64,000 bases of DNA from an uncultured Acidimicrobiales bacterium (GTDB lineage Bacteria; Actinomycetota; Acidimicrobiia; Acidimicrobiales; SHLQ01): contig CAZFBD010000001.1 of NCBI GenBank assembly GCA_964517125.1, forward strand, positions 236,338 to 300,337, given 5' to 3'. Every line of letters begins with the position of its first letter. Position 1 is the first letter of the stretch. Below are positions 26,385 through 35,918 of this stretch, in pieces. Position numbers and translations under genes: made by a program. Under the pieces are notes generated by a model, which worked only from the letters and a program-made list of their open reading frames with translations, was not told where the DNA came from and did no database searches.

Positions 26385-28085
26385 CTATCGGAGACTGCGG
26401 CGGATGGCTGCCGACGAAATATCGACGACGATGGTGACAACGAGAAGGGCCACGATCGTGGCCAGAATGCCGTCGTAGTCGAATGCCGAGGTCTGTTGGT
26501 CGAGTCGGCGCCCCAGGCCCGCTGCTCCGACCACGCCGACGATGACCGTTTCCCGAATCGCGACTTCCCAGCGATACAGCCCCAGCGCAGCGAAGCGGCT
26601 GGAAACTGCAGGAACGGTTGCCATCGTCAGCGCTCCCGTTGCCGTGGCCCCGGAGGCTCGGAGCAGATCCGCGGGTCTGCGATCGCTGTTCTCCAAGACC
26701 TCGGCCTGCAATCGACCGAGGACGCCGGCGTTGTAGATCGCCAGCGCCACCACACCGGGCCACAGCCCAGGGAAGAGTACGAATACAACAATGAATGCCC
26801 AGACGGGAGGTGGTACCGATCGGGCCACGAGCAGCACGAATCGAACGGACGCTGCGCCGAGCCGGAGTGTGACACCCCGTATGCCAGCGATTGGCCGGGG
26901 CCGCTGCCCGAGGAAGGCTATCGGCGACGCGACCGCCGAAGCCACCGCGATGGACAGGACAGCCAATGCGATCGTGTCGATCCCATCGCTCAGCAACCCT
27001 GCAAGACCGTCATCGCCGGCGGCCATCGGCCAGGACTCACGGACGAGCTCGACCGCGAGCGTTCGGGCACGGTTGTCCCACAGGGTGGATGGATCGAGGC
27101 CCAGGCGCCACGCAGCCACCGGGATGGCCAGGGCGAAGGCGACAGCACTCAGTTGGAGAAAGCGATCGTGACGTGGTTCGGCGTGCCCGCGGGTCTCGAC
27201 ATTGACCGCGGAGTCATCGACGAGTGCTCGGGTATGGGTCTCCACAGCGAGGGCATTGCGTCGGCGGCGTACCAGCGAAGACCACCGGTCGGCAAGTCCG
27301 CTGAGGAGAATCAACGCCCACAGCAGCGTCCACATCTGCTCGTAGCGCAGCGACTGGAACGAGAGCGCCAGCTGAAACCCCAGACCTCCAGCGCCGACGA
27401 TTCCGAGCACCGCTGCACTCCTCAGGCCGCACTCGAATCGGTAGAACGAATAGGAGACCAGGTCGTTGAAGACGGCAGGCACCGACCCAACGAGAAATGC
27501 ACCGAGCCGACCGGCGCCTGACGCTCGTAGCCCCAGTTCGACGTCTGCGGGAAGGTCGTCGATGAGTTCTGCGAACACCTTGGCGACTACCGCCCCAAAG
27601 GGAATCCCGATCGCGAGAACGGCGACGAGCGGGTTCAGACCGAGAATGTTCACCAGAATCAGGCCGAACACGACCTCGTGCATCGATCGGGGCAGCGCAA
27701 AGGCAACCCGAGCGACGAGCCACCCGACCCGCCCACGTTGCATAGGGCCATGCAGCGGGCTCCAGAGACGTTCCGTGAGCAACGGACCACCCAGAATGCC
27801 GATGACCAACGCCACGGCCGTGCCCACAACCGCGTACCCGACGGTCACAGCAGATTCCCGAATCGTGAGCTCGACCATGTCCCGACTCAGATCGGGCTGG
27901 AGCATGGCTGCGAAGAACTTTCGGACCTGTGTCCATCCCCTGGTGTTGATGACGTCGGCCGGGTTCGCTCCGGCCTTGCTGATGCTCCAAAGCACCACCG
28001 CCGTGATCAATATCGCCCACCACCTTCGGTCCCGCCGAATCGGCGCCCGCCCGAAGGTCCGTGGCGGGTCGACCGCCGTGGTCAC
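26385..28085 (-). CDS. phnE: phosphonate/phosphite-type ABC transporter permease, tandem PhnE-PhnE fusion
   Basis: 566 aa with two repeated PhnE-like halves. Each half has a motif of the type ES..TVGYAVVGT / E..A.....G followed by transmembrane bundles. Confidence 0.8.
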   Translation of the reverse strand: MTTAVDPPRTFGRAPIRRDRRWWAILITAVVLWSISKAGANPADVINTRGWTQVRKFFAAMLQPDLSRDMVELTIRESAVTVGYAVVGTAVALVIGILGGPLLTERLWSPLHGPMQRGRVGWLVARVAFALPRSMHEVVFGLILVNILGLNPLVAVLAIGIPFGAVVAKVFAELIDDLPADVELGLRASGAGRLGAFLVGSVPAVFNDLVSYSFYRFECGLRSAAVLGIVGAGGLGFQLALSFQSLRYEQMWTLLWALILLSGLADRWSSLVRRRRNALAVETHTRALVDDSAVNVETRGHAEPRHDRFLQLSAVAFALAIPVAAWRLGLDPSTLWDNRARTLAVELVRESWPMAAGDDGLAGLLSDGIDTIALAVLSIAVASAVASPIAFLGQRPRPIAGIRGVTLRLGAASVRFVLLVARSVPPPVWAFIVVFVLFPGLWPGVVALAIYNAGVLGRLQAEVLENSDRRPADLLRASGATATGALTMATVPAVSSRFAALGLYRWEVAIRETVIVGVVGAAGLGRRLDQQTSAFDYDGILATIVALLVVTIVVDISSAAIRRSLR

Positions 28086-28927
28086 GAGGGAGCCGACTCC
28101 TCGAGTGCGTACAGCTCATCCAGATGTGATGTCTCCACCGACGCCGACGGTAGATCGAAGTGAATCTTCCCATCTCGGAGCGCAATGATCCGGTCGCAGT
28201 GGCGTAGCGCGAGCGGTGCATCATGCATGCTGACGATCAGCGCCCGATCAGCATCCGTGGTCGCTGAGAGTTCGGCCATCACCGCCTCGGATCGCGCCGG
28301 GTCCAAGGCGCTCACGGGCTCGTCTGCAAGAAAGAGATCGGGGCTCTGGAACAGGGTTCGGGCGATAGCCGTGCGTTGCTGTTGCCCCCCCGAGAGCTGA
28401 TCGGTCCGGTCCCACACGTGTTCAGCGATGCCCACCCGTTCGAGAACCTGCACGATCTCGTCGATGGGGCCCGGTCGGACGAGCATTCGTGCCGGCCCGA
28501 GCACGCCGGTGGCCCCAAGGCGACCGCCAGCGACGTTCGTCGCCACGCGAAGCGCTCCGACCAGGCCAAAGTCCTGCGTGAGCACGCCGATGCGGGCCCG
28601 TGTCGGTCTGTTCGAACGCTTGCCGAGGACGTCGGTCGCCGTTCCGAACACGTGGGCTGCGCCACCGGTGGGGAGAACCAGGCCGGCCGCCACCCGAAGC
28701 ACCGTCGATTTTCCAGCTCCGGATGGTCCGATCAGGGCGATTCGTTCGCCGGGCTCCGCTCGAAAGCTGATCCTGTCGATCGCGGCGGAGTCACCGTTCG
28801 GATAACGAACGGTGACTCCGTCGAACGAGAGCGGAGTCTCAGCCGTCGATCTGTCCGATCTCGCGGCCGACCGCCTCGATGCTCGCGTAGTTCTCGCTCG
28901 CTGTTTCGATGAACGATCCTGCGCCAA
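28082..28927 (-). CDS. phnC: phosphonate/phosphite-type ABC transporter ATP-binding protein
   Basis: It has Walker A GPSGAGKST, the signature LSGGQQQR, and Walker B LFLADEP. The only canonical in-frame start is the ATG at 28927, which overlaps phnD by 89 nt. The conserved domain begins near 28830. Confidence 0.85.
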   Translation of the reverse strand: MAQDRSSKQRARTTRASRRSAARSDRSTAETPLSFDGVTVRYPNGDSAAIDRISFRAEPGERIALIGPSGAGKSTVLRVAAGLVLPTGGAAHVFGTATDVLGKRSNRPTRARIGVLTQDFGLVGALRVATNVAGGRLGATGVLGPARMLVRPGPIDEIVQVLERVGIAEHVWDRTDQLSGGQQQRTAIARTLFQSPDLFLADEPVSALDPARSEAVMAELSATTDADRALIVSMHDAPLALRHCDRIIALRDGKIHFDLPSASVETSHLDELYALEESAPS

Positions 28928-29768
28928 AGAAGTCGAGAATGATCGCGTGGTCGGCGTTTGCGGGGTCGAGGTTCATCAACGCATCAACCACGCGTGACTG
29001 GAGGTCGTCCCCGAGTTCGGGACGTGCCACCCAGTGGTAGTCGAAGTACGTGGGCGTTTCGAAGATGAGCTGCACGCGATCGAGGTCGACCTCACCAGCT
29101 TCGACCCGCGCGTTCCAGACCTGTGAGTTCAGTGCACCAACTTCGAAGGTGCCCGATTCGACGAGTTCGATGGTGGCGTCGTGCGATCCGCTGAAGCCGG
29201 GCTCACCGTCGAGGTCGGCAAGCGCAACGCCAGCTTCGTCCAGGAAGGACTGTGGCATCAGTCGGCCCGACGTGCTGGAGTCCGATCCGAAGGTCAGGGA
29301 CCGTCCGGCCACGACCTCGAGGCCCGCAACGTTGTCGACCGGTTCGATGCCAGAATCGGTGCTGGCAATGAACACCGAGGTGAAGGTCTCGTCGATGTCG
29401 CGCTGGGCAATGGCTTCGGCCCCGTCCACCTGCAACCGTGCCTGCACACCGGTGAGCCCGCCGAACCACACGAGGTCCAGATCGCCGACCCGGAATGCGG
29501 TGACTGCGGCCTCGTACTCGGTTACGGGCTCGAACTGCACCTCGACACCGAGTTCGTCGGCAAGGTACGTGGCGACGAGGTCGTAGTTGCGCGCCAGAAC
29601 CTCGGGATCCTGATCAGGAATCGCGCCGATGACGAGCGGACCGTCGAACTCGGCTTCGGTCTCTTCCATGGCCTCATCCGTCTCTGCATCAGCCGAGGTG
29701 ACGGTGTCGGATCCGCACGCGCCGAGAAACATGGCAAGAGCAGAGAAGATGAGCAGGAATCTACGCAT
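28839..29768 (-). CDS. phnD: phosphonate/phosphite-type ABC transporter substrate-binding lipoprotein
   Basis: 309 aa with a lipobox (LGAC) after a signal peptide and PhnD-family motifs (GAIPDQDP, SSTSGRLMP, YFDYHW). Confidence 0.85.
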   Translation of the reverse strand: MRRFLLIFSALAMFLGACGSDTVTSADAETDEAMEETEAEFDGPLVIGAIPDQDPEVLARNYDLVATYLADELGVEVQFEPVTEYEAAVTAFRVGDLDLVWFGGLTGVQARLQVDGAEAIAQRDIDETFTSVFIASTDSGIEPVDNVAGLEVVAGRSLTFGSDSSTSGRLMPQSFLDEAGVALADLDGEPGFSGSHDATIELVESGTFEVGALNSQVWNARVEAGEVDLDRVQLIFETPTYFDYHWVARPELGDDLQSRVVDALMNLDPANADHAIILDFFGAGSFIETASENYASIEAVGREIGQIDG

Positions 29769-29895
29769 GGGGGGTGCCTTTCGCTGGGAACATCATGACC
29801 CGATGTGGGTCAACGAATCGTACTCAACCCGCCAGATTCGCTGAGTAGTCCCGATTCATGTTCACGAAATGGAAAGAACTGCCGTAACCGGACCC

Positions 29896-30819
29896 TCAGA
29901 CCGCTCGAAACGCTTGGAGTACGCCGGCGAGCCACTGGATGCTGTCGAGATCGATCGGATCGACGCACAGCTGGACATGAGCAGCCCCAGCGGCTTCAAA
30001 CTCGCGCAACTGGTCGGCGAGTTCGGTCTCTGAACCGACGAGCGGCTCGACGCTCTGGCCGCCGTCGTCCCCCATCGCTCGGCCGACGCCTCCCTCGAGC
30101 CGGACGTACACGGCAGCGGTCGCGTCGACATCACCCGACCGTCCAAGGGCCAGCAGCCGTTCATCCACACGCGCCTTCTCGGCCGCGAACCCGGCTGCCG
30201 TGTTGCCGTAGGAGCTCCACCACATGTTCCATGCCGAGACGTGCGGCAGCGTGATCCCAAGCATCCGAGGACCGATGGAGCCGACCATGAGCGGAGGCCC
30301 GCCTGGTCTGGGCGACAACGGATGGAGCACACAGTCGTCGGCCCGGTAGTAGGTGCCGTCGTGGTCGATGGCGCCGTCGGCGAGCAGTGTGCGGATGATC
30401 GTGAACGCTTCCTCGAACCGGCTGACCCGGTTGTCGTACGGAAACCCGAATGCGTCGTATTCACGTCGGTTCCAGCCGGCGCCAAGGCCAAGGATGAGGC
30501 GACCCTCGGAGATCGCGTCGACGGTCGCCGCCTGCTTGGCCAGCATGGCTGGCGCGTGAAAGCTCGTCGAGGCGACGAGGGGCCCAAGTTCGATCGTTGT
30601 GGTGGATGCCGCTATGGCGGCGAGCGTCGTCCAGACCTCCCACGGTCCACGAGCGCCACCTGGTACGTCGTAGATCAAATGGTCGCCGTACCAGACCGAA
30701 TCGAACCCCACCGCCTCGGCTTCCTGCGCCATACGCAACAGCTCGGGGAATGGCACTTCCCACTCGATCTCCGGGAGCTGGACACCAATCTTCATTCGGG
30801 CTGCGCTGGGTTCGGACAT
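29896..30819 (-). CDS. LLM-class (luciferase-like) flavin/F420-dependent oxidoreductase
   Basis: Start at the ATG at 30819 (MSEPSAARMKIGVQLP). It has DSVWYGDHL and LGLGAGW motifs. Confidence 0.8.
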   Translation of the reverse strand: MSEPSAARMKIGVQLPEIEWEVPFPELLRMAQEAEAVGFDSVWYGDHLIYDVPGGARGPWEVWTTLAAIAASTTTIELGPLVASTSFHAPAMLAKQAATVDAISEGRLILGLGAGWNRREYDAFGFPYDNRVSRFEEAFTIIRTLLADGAIDHDGTYYRADDCVLHPLSPRPGGPPLMVGSIGPRMLGITLPHVSAWNMWWSSYGNTAAGFAAEKARVDERLLALGRSGDVDATAAVYVRLEGGVGRAMGDDGGQSVEPLVGSETELADQLREFEAAGAAHVQLCVDPIDLDSIQWLAGVLQAFRAV

Positions 30820-30873
30820 GCCCACACCGTAGGGCTTTTGGCCGCGGATCCTGAGCGTGCAATAGTTGCCCAG

Positions 30874-31419
30874 ATGGCCGAGTCCAACGAACAATCGCGC
30901 ATGCAGATCTCCGAGATCGTGGCGACGCTCACCAGCTTGCCCGCGGCGCTCGACGTGCTGCTGTCACCGGTGGACGACGATGCCCTTCGCACCCGGCCCG
31001 AGCCCGGTGAGTGGTGCCCCATGGAGGTCATTGGACATCTCATTGCGTGCGATTCAGGAGCATTCCGTGATCGGATCGTCGCAATCGTCGACGGAGCCGA
31101 CGTCATTCCGGCCTTCGATCCCTGGCAGGCCATCAACGAACGCGACTTTGCCAGCCAACCGCTACACGCCACGCTCGACGAACTCCGCCAGGAACGGTCA
31201 CGTTCGGCATCGCTTCTCCGCGAGCTCGAGCCACACGAGATGGACCTCGTCGGCACGTTCGAAAACGACGACAGGCCCTTTGCCGTCTCCGACTTCGTCC
31301 ACGAGTGGCCGTTTCATGACCACGACCACGTCCAGCAGATTCTCGAGTGTCTGAAGGTGCGTCACCTGCCGCATCTCACCCCGGTCATGCGACAGGCTCT
31401 GGTGCCAGAGCCGAGCTGA
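30874..31419 (+). CDS. DinB family protein
   Basis: 181 aa starting at the ATG at 30874. It shows a His-containing four-helix DinB_2 pattern (EVIGHL..., HEWPFHDHDHVQQI). Confidence 0.65.
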   Translation: MAESNEQSRMQISEIVATLTSLPAALDVLLSPVDDDALRTRPEPGEWCPMEVIGHLIACDSGAFRDRIVAIVDGADVIPAFDPWQAINERDFASQPLHATLDELRQERSRSASLLRELEPHEMDLVGTFENDDRPFAVSDFVHEWPFHDHDHVQQILECLKVRHLPHLTPVMRQALVPEPS

Positions 31420-31435
31420 ACCGCTGGCTCGGCGG

Positions 31436-32425
31436 GTGATGTTTGCGTTGGATTCCGCAACCGGCGATGCTGACCTCGTGGATGAGGAACTACGAATCGG
31501 CAACCTGTTCGGCGGCGCTGGTGGTGGCGGCTTCTTCGACATACCAGTCGTAGCGCCGCTCGATGTGGAAGGCGCCGACATCGTCGTGATTGGAGCACCG
31601 ACCGCCACTCCGTATGCGTCGGTTGGCGCCTACTGCTCGGACGGGCCGAGGGCCATCCGAGACGCCGTTGGCTGGCCAGGCATGGGTGACCACCACGATT
31701 TCGACCTCGACGGCACGCTCCTGAACGGGGCATACGCAGTGGACTGGGGCGACCTCGAGACGTCGGAGACGGACTTTGCAGGCAATCGCGAACGTTTGCG
31801 GACGCATACCTCCGCTGTGTTGGAAGCCGGCGCTGTCCCGTTGATCCTGGGTGGGGACGATTCCATTCCCATTCCCTGCCTCGCAGCATTCGAGGGCCGA
31901 GGGCCGATCACCATCCTGCAGCTCGACGCCCACATCGACTGGCGCGATGAGGTCCAGGGAGAGCGCCTCGGACTGTCGAGCAACATGCGCCGAGCGTCCG
32001 AGATGTCATGGGTCGACAACATCGTGCAGGTGGGCGCTCGGGGTTCCGGCAGCGCCCGGCCAGCTGACGTGGCCGACGCCGTGTCCTGGGGAGTCGACCT
32101 CTTCCCGATGCGCTGTATTCGTTCGCACGGCATGCACCAGGTCATCGATTCCATTGGGAAGGGAACCGACGTGTACATCGCGCTCGACATCGACGTGATG
32201 GACCCATCGATCGTCCCCGGGGTGATCGGGCCCGCACCGGGCGGTTTCCACTACGGCGAAGTCGTCGACCTGTTCGAGGCCGTCGCCAACCGATGCAGAA
32301 TCGTTGGCTTCAACCTTGCGGAGTTTGCTCCCTCAGCCGATGTTGGCAACCGCGGCGCACTGGCCGCAGCGCGAATCGCTGCTACGGCCATGGGGCTCAT
32401 CGCCCGACAGCGGTCCGGCAGCTGA
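31436..32425 (+). CDS. arginase/agmatinase/guanidino-acid hydrolase (ureohydrolase) family protein
   Basis: It has LILGGDDSI, LQLDAHIDW and ALDIDVMDP Mn-binding motifs. Confidence 0.85.
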   Translation: MMFALDSATGDADLVDEELRIGNLFGGAGGGGFFDIPVVAPLDVEGADIVVIGAPTATPYASVGAYCSDGPRAIRDAVGWPGMGDHHDFDLDGTLLNGAYAVDWGDLETSETDFAGNRERLRTHTSAVLEAGAVPLILGGDDSIPIPCLAAFEGRGPITILQLDAHIDWRDEVQGERLGLSSNMRRASEMSWVDNIVQVGARGSGSARPADVADAVSWGVDLFPMRCIRSHGMHQVIDSIGKGTDVYIALDIDVMDPSIVPGVIGPAPGGFHYGEVVDLFEAVANRCRIVGFNLAEFAPSADVGNRGALAAARIAATAMGLIARQRSGS

Positions 32426-32426
32426 C

Positions 32427-33581
32427 GTGGCCGAACTCCTGAAGAACCTTTTCGGGCCCGACATGGTGCACCGAGCTGCATCGGAGATTCATGCCGTCTA
32501 CGACGACTTTGATGTTGCCGCCTTCACCGCTGAGGCACTTGATGGCTTCGAAGGCCTGGAGCTGACGCCACGCTGCAAACAGATCGCCGCAGCGATGACC
32601 ACCCACCTGCCTGACGACCGCTCGCGTGCCATCGCAATCCTCGTGGATTCGCTCGGGCCTGAGCTCGAGAACTGCGACCCCGATGACGCGAAACCCACGG
32701 GCGACCCGGCGATCGACGACAACCCCATGTCCGGCTTCTTCCATATGCCACACGGCTACTTCGTGGCCGAGCACGGAGATGCGTTCTTCGATCTGACCAT
32801 GCGTGCGAACTATGAGATCACCAAACGAGCGACGTCCGAGTTCAGCATTCGCACGCCACTCCGGGACCACACCGAGCGCACGTTGGCCGTGCTTCGCGAG
32901 TGGGCGACCGACGACAACGTCCATGTTCGTCGGCTCGTTTCGGAGGGCACACGTCCCCGCCTGCCCTGGTCGTTCCGCTTGTCAGCGTTTCAGCAGGACC
33001 CAACTCCGGTCCTGCAACTCCTGGAACTGCTGAAGGACGACCCGGTCGAATACGTCCGCCGATCGGTCGCCAACAACCTCAACGACATCGCGAAGGATCA
33101 TCCGCAGCAGGTAGTCGAGGTGTGTCAACAGTGGTGGTCCGACGCCGATCACAACCGCCGACGACTCATTCGACACGCGATGCGGACCCTCATCAAGGCT
33201 GGAGACCCCGGCGCGCTTGCCGTGCTGGGGTACGGCCCAGACTCCCCTGCCAGCGTGGCATCCGCAACCATCGATCCCACGACGGTCAGCATCGGGGCGA
33301 AGGTTCGGCTCTCGGTCGACATCGAGAATCCATCCGACGACCGTTGTGGTGCCCTCGTGGACTTCGTCGTGCACTTCGTGAAGGCGAATGGTTCGACGAG
33401 CGCGAAAGTGTTCAAGGGCGCCGAATTGTCCCTGGATCCGGGCCAAACATCCACCGTGCGCAAGGCGATTTCCGTCGCTCAACACTCCACGCGCAAGCAC
33501 TACGCGGGATCCCACTCCGTGGACGTGCTGATCAACGGAACGGCCCGTCCGATCGGATCCTTCACCCTCACCGACGAATGA
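32427..33581 (+). CDS. DNA alkylation repair (AlkD-like HEAT-repeat) protein with a C-terminal beta-rich extension
   Basis: GTG start at 32427 (VAELLKNLFGPDMV). It has VRRLVSEGTRPRLPW and VRRSVANNLNDIAKDHP, typical of the family. Confidence 0.7.
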   Translation: MAELLKNLFGPDMVHRAASEIHAVYDDFDVAAFTAEALDGFEGLELTPRCKQIAAAMTTHLPDDRSRAIAILVDSLGPELENCDPDDAKPTGDPAIDDNPMSGFFHMPHGYFVAEHGDAFFDLTMRANYEITKRATSEFSIRTPLRDHTERTLAVLREWATDDNVHVRRLVSEGTRPRLPWSFRLSAFQQDPTPVLQLLELLKDDPVEYVRRSVANNLNDIAKDHPQQVVEVCQQWWSDADHNRRRLIRHAMRTLIKAGDPGALAVLGYGPDSPASVASATIDPTTVSIGAKVRLSVDIENPSDDRCGALVDFVVHFVKANGSTSAKVFKGAELSLDPGQTSTVRKAISVAQHSTRKHYAGSHSVDVLINGTARPIGSFTLTDE

Positions 33582-33616
33582 CCAGCGGCCGGCCAAGACG
33601 TGTGGGAAGGTGACGT

Positions 33617-34006
33617 ATGGCGTTCGGTCAGGCTTCGGGTCCACCCGCAACCGGAAAACAGATGCGTGACCTGGAGGAGCTGTTGCAGGCGGCCGGTCAT
33701 GTCGACTTTCGCGACGCTCGAGGCCCCATGGGGTTCACCCAGCGGCAGGCTGGCGGCAAGTTCACTCGCGATGAGGCCGAGTCCTTCATCGAACAGCTCC
33801 AGGCCGAGGTGCATGGTGACGGCCCCCCGGTGAACGTGGTCGAGACATCGTCGACGAGCATGGCGCGTCCCAAGGCGCCGAAACCAACCCCGCGGAACAC
33901 CAAGAAGTCATCAGGCCGTGACGACCACGTGGATCTCGCGAGCATTCCGTCCGAGCGTCTCGCGGCCGAGCTGCAGGCGCGCGGCTGGGCGGTTCTGGAG
34001 CCCTGA
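33617..34006 (+). CDS. hypothetical protein (129 aa)
   Basis: Isolated ORF with coding-like composition. It has a helical N-terminus, a Lys/Pro-rich linker and a short C-terminal domain. I did not recognise a family. Confidence 0.45.
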   Translation: MAFGQASGPPATGKQMRDLEELLQAAGHVDFRDARGPMGFTQRQAGGKFTRDEAESFIEQLQAEVHGDGPPVNVVETSSTSMARPKAPKPTPRNTKKSSGRDDHVDLASIPSERLAAELQARGWAVLEP

Positions 34007-34019
34007 ACTCCTGCCTGGG

Positions 34020-34490
34020 TCAGTCGCCCAGCAGGATCTTTGCCGCGTTCCCAACCCGGTTGTTCAGGTTCGCCTGACCGCAGACAGCAATCAGCTCCGC
34101 CCGTTCCTGTTCGCTGAAGTGCGAACGGAGCGACTCCTGAAGCGGCGCCGGCAGTTCGTGGGTCTCGCCGCACATCGCATCGGCAAGCTGCAGAGCCACC
34201 ATGGTGGACGGGTCGTACGTATCGGCCCAACTGTCGGGGTCGTGCAGCGCCTCGATCTCGGCGTCGGAGAGTCCTCGTCGTCTACCCGAGACGACATGGC
34301 TACTCAGTCAAGTGGGGCATTGATTGACGATCGAGGTCCGCATGAACACCAGCTCCTTGACCACGGCGGGAACTGCGAGGTCATCGGACCACAGTGCTGC
34401 TCCGAACTCCTTGTACGAGTCGGCCGTGCCGTCGACGAGCGCCAACGTGTACCCCATCGGGGCACCGGACAGTTTGAATCGAATTGCCAT
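34020..34490 (-). CDS. AhpD-like / carboxymuconolactone decarboxylase family selenoprotein (CxxU), with TGA-Sec at 34308-34310
   Basis: Two 60 aa track ORFs (34308-34490 and 34020-34202) lie in the same frame, and the stretch between them is open apart from one TGA. The joined reading is ...VKELVFMRTSIVNQCPT-TGA-LSSHVVSGRRRGLSDAEIEALHDPDSW...LADAMCGE.... This reproduces the AhpD-core signature N-x-C-x-x-C-x-x-x-H with TGA at the second Cys. The product is 156 aa. Confidence 0.85.
34277..34295 (-). other. candidate SECIS hairpin of the AhpD-like gene
   Basis: On the mRNA: UGA-N11-(U)GUCGUCU-CGGGU-AGACGAC(G), 7 Watson-Crick pairs plus one U-G wobble. Confidence 0.55.
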
Positions 34491-34511
34491 GTCGCCAGTA
34501 TGGCCGAGGAC

Positions 34512-35843
34512 TCACGGTCCGGAGAACACGCCCCCGGCGTCGGCGCCAAGGTTTGCGTAGTAGTCGCGCTTGGGGTCGTAGTCGATACGTCCACCGGCTT
34601 CCTTGGCCCGAAGCTCTGCGCGGCCGACAACATGCCAGTGCACCTCATCGGGACCATCGGCGAGGCGGAGCGTGCGCTGGCCTGCGTACATGGACGTGAG
34701 GGGCGTCCAGTTCGAGACGCCGGTTGCGCCGTGCACCTGAATTGCTTCGTCGATGATCTCGCAGACGCGAATGGGCACCAGGGCCTTGACTGCGCTGATC
34801 CAGACCCGAGCCTCGGCATTGCCGAGCTCGTCCATGGCCTTGGCTGCGGTGAGCACCATGCGACGCATGGACTCGATGTCGATGCGGGCCTTCGCGACGG
34901 TCTCCACGTTCTTGCCGAGGTTGGCGATGGGCTTGCCGAAGGCTTCGCGGGTGAGGCCGCGCTTGACCATGAGGTCGAGGGCCCGCTCGGCGGCGCCGAT
35001 GGAGCGCATGCAGTGATGGATGCGGCCCGGGCCGAGACGGAGCTGCGAGATCTCGAAGCCTCGCCCTTCGCCCAACAGCATGTTGGACGCAGGCACCCGC
35101 ACGTCGTTGAAACGAATGTGCATGTGTCCGTGCGGAGCGTCGTCGTTGCCAAAGACGTGCATGGGCCCGAGAACCTCGTAGCCCTCGGCATCGGTGGGAA
35201 CGAGGATCTGGGACTGCCGCTGGTGCGCTGGACCGTCGGGGCTGGTCTCGAGCATGCAGATCATGATCTTGCAGCGCGGATCGCCAGCGCCGGAGATGTA
35301 GTACTTCTCACCGCTGATCACCCATTCGTCGCCATCCTTGACGGCCTTGCAGGCGATCTGCTTGGCGTCGGAGGAGGCCACATCGGGTTCGGTCATGGCG
35401 TATGCCGAGCGAATCTCGCCGTTGAGCAGCGGGGTGAGCCACTGTGCCTTCTGCTCGTCGGTGCCGACGCGTTCGAGGACTTCCATGTTGCCGGTGTCGG
35501 GCGCTGCACAGTTCATCGATTCGGACGCGATCGGGTTCTTGCCGAGCTCTGTGGCGATGTAGGCGTAGTCGAGGTTGTTCAGGCCCTCGCCGGTCTCGGC
35601 GTCGGGAAGGAAGAAGTTCCAGAGGCCGGCTTCGCGTGCCTTCGCCTTGATGGAGTCCAGCAGCTCGAGCTGACCCTCGCCGTAGCCCCATCGTTCGGCG
35701 CGGCCTTCGCCGAGACGGAAGAACTCGTGCGTGTGCGGTTCGACCTCGTCGGCGATGAACGCAACGACGGCGTCGAACAACGGGCGTGCTCCCTCGGACA
35801 TACGCAGGTCGTACATCTCGGGTGTGCTCGGCAACGCGGTCAT
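34512..35843 (-). CDS. acyl-CoA dehydrogenase family protein (ACAD10/11- or FadE-like)
   Basis: 443 aa with YAMTEPDVASSDA and QVHGATG motifs. Its stop lies 21 bp upstream of the AhpD-like start. Confidence 0.85.
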   Translation of the reverse strand: MTALPSTPEMYDLRMSEGARPLFDAVVAFIADEVEPHTHEFFRLGEGRAERWGYGEGQLELLDSIKAKAREAGLWNFFLPDAETGEGLNNLDYAYIATELGKNPIASESMNCAAPDTGNMEVLERVGTDEQKAQWLTPLLNGEIRSAYAMTEPDVASSDAKQIACKAVKDGDEWVISGEKYYISGAGDPRCKIMICMLETSPDGPAHQRQSQILVPTDAEGYEVLGPMHVFGNDDAPHGHMHIRFNDVRVPASNMLLGEGRGFEISQLRLGPGRIHHCMRSIGAAERALDLMVKRGLTREAFGKPIANLGKNVETVAKARIDIESMRRMVLTAAKAMDELGNAEARVWISAVKALVPIRVCEIIDEAIQVHGATGVSNWTPLTSMYAGQRTLRLADGPDEVHWHVVGRAELRAKEAGGRIDYDPKRDYYANLGADAGGVFSGP

Positions 35844-35918
35844 TGAGGTCCTCTCGGTTGTTGAACGTTCACGACTCTACGCGGTCAGCGGCAGCTCGGC
35901 CTGATCCGGCGGGACGAC

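Noticed and set aside
29769-29895. A possible Pho-box-like GTTCAC-type repeat upstream of phnD (..ATTCATGTTCACG..).
   Set aside because: There is only one good GTTCAC unit, and the spacing to the weaker unit is not the 11 nt periodicity of actinobacterial PhoP boxes. The evidence is insufficient.
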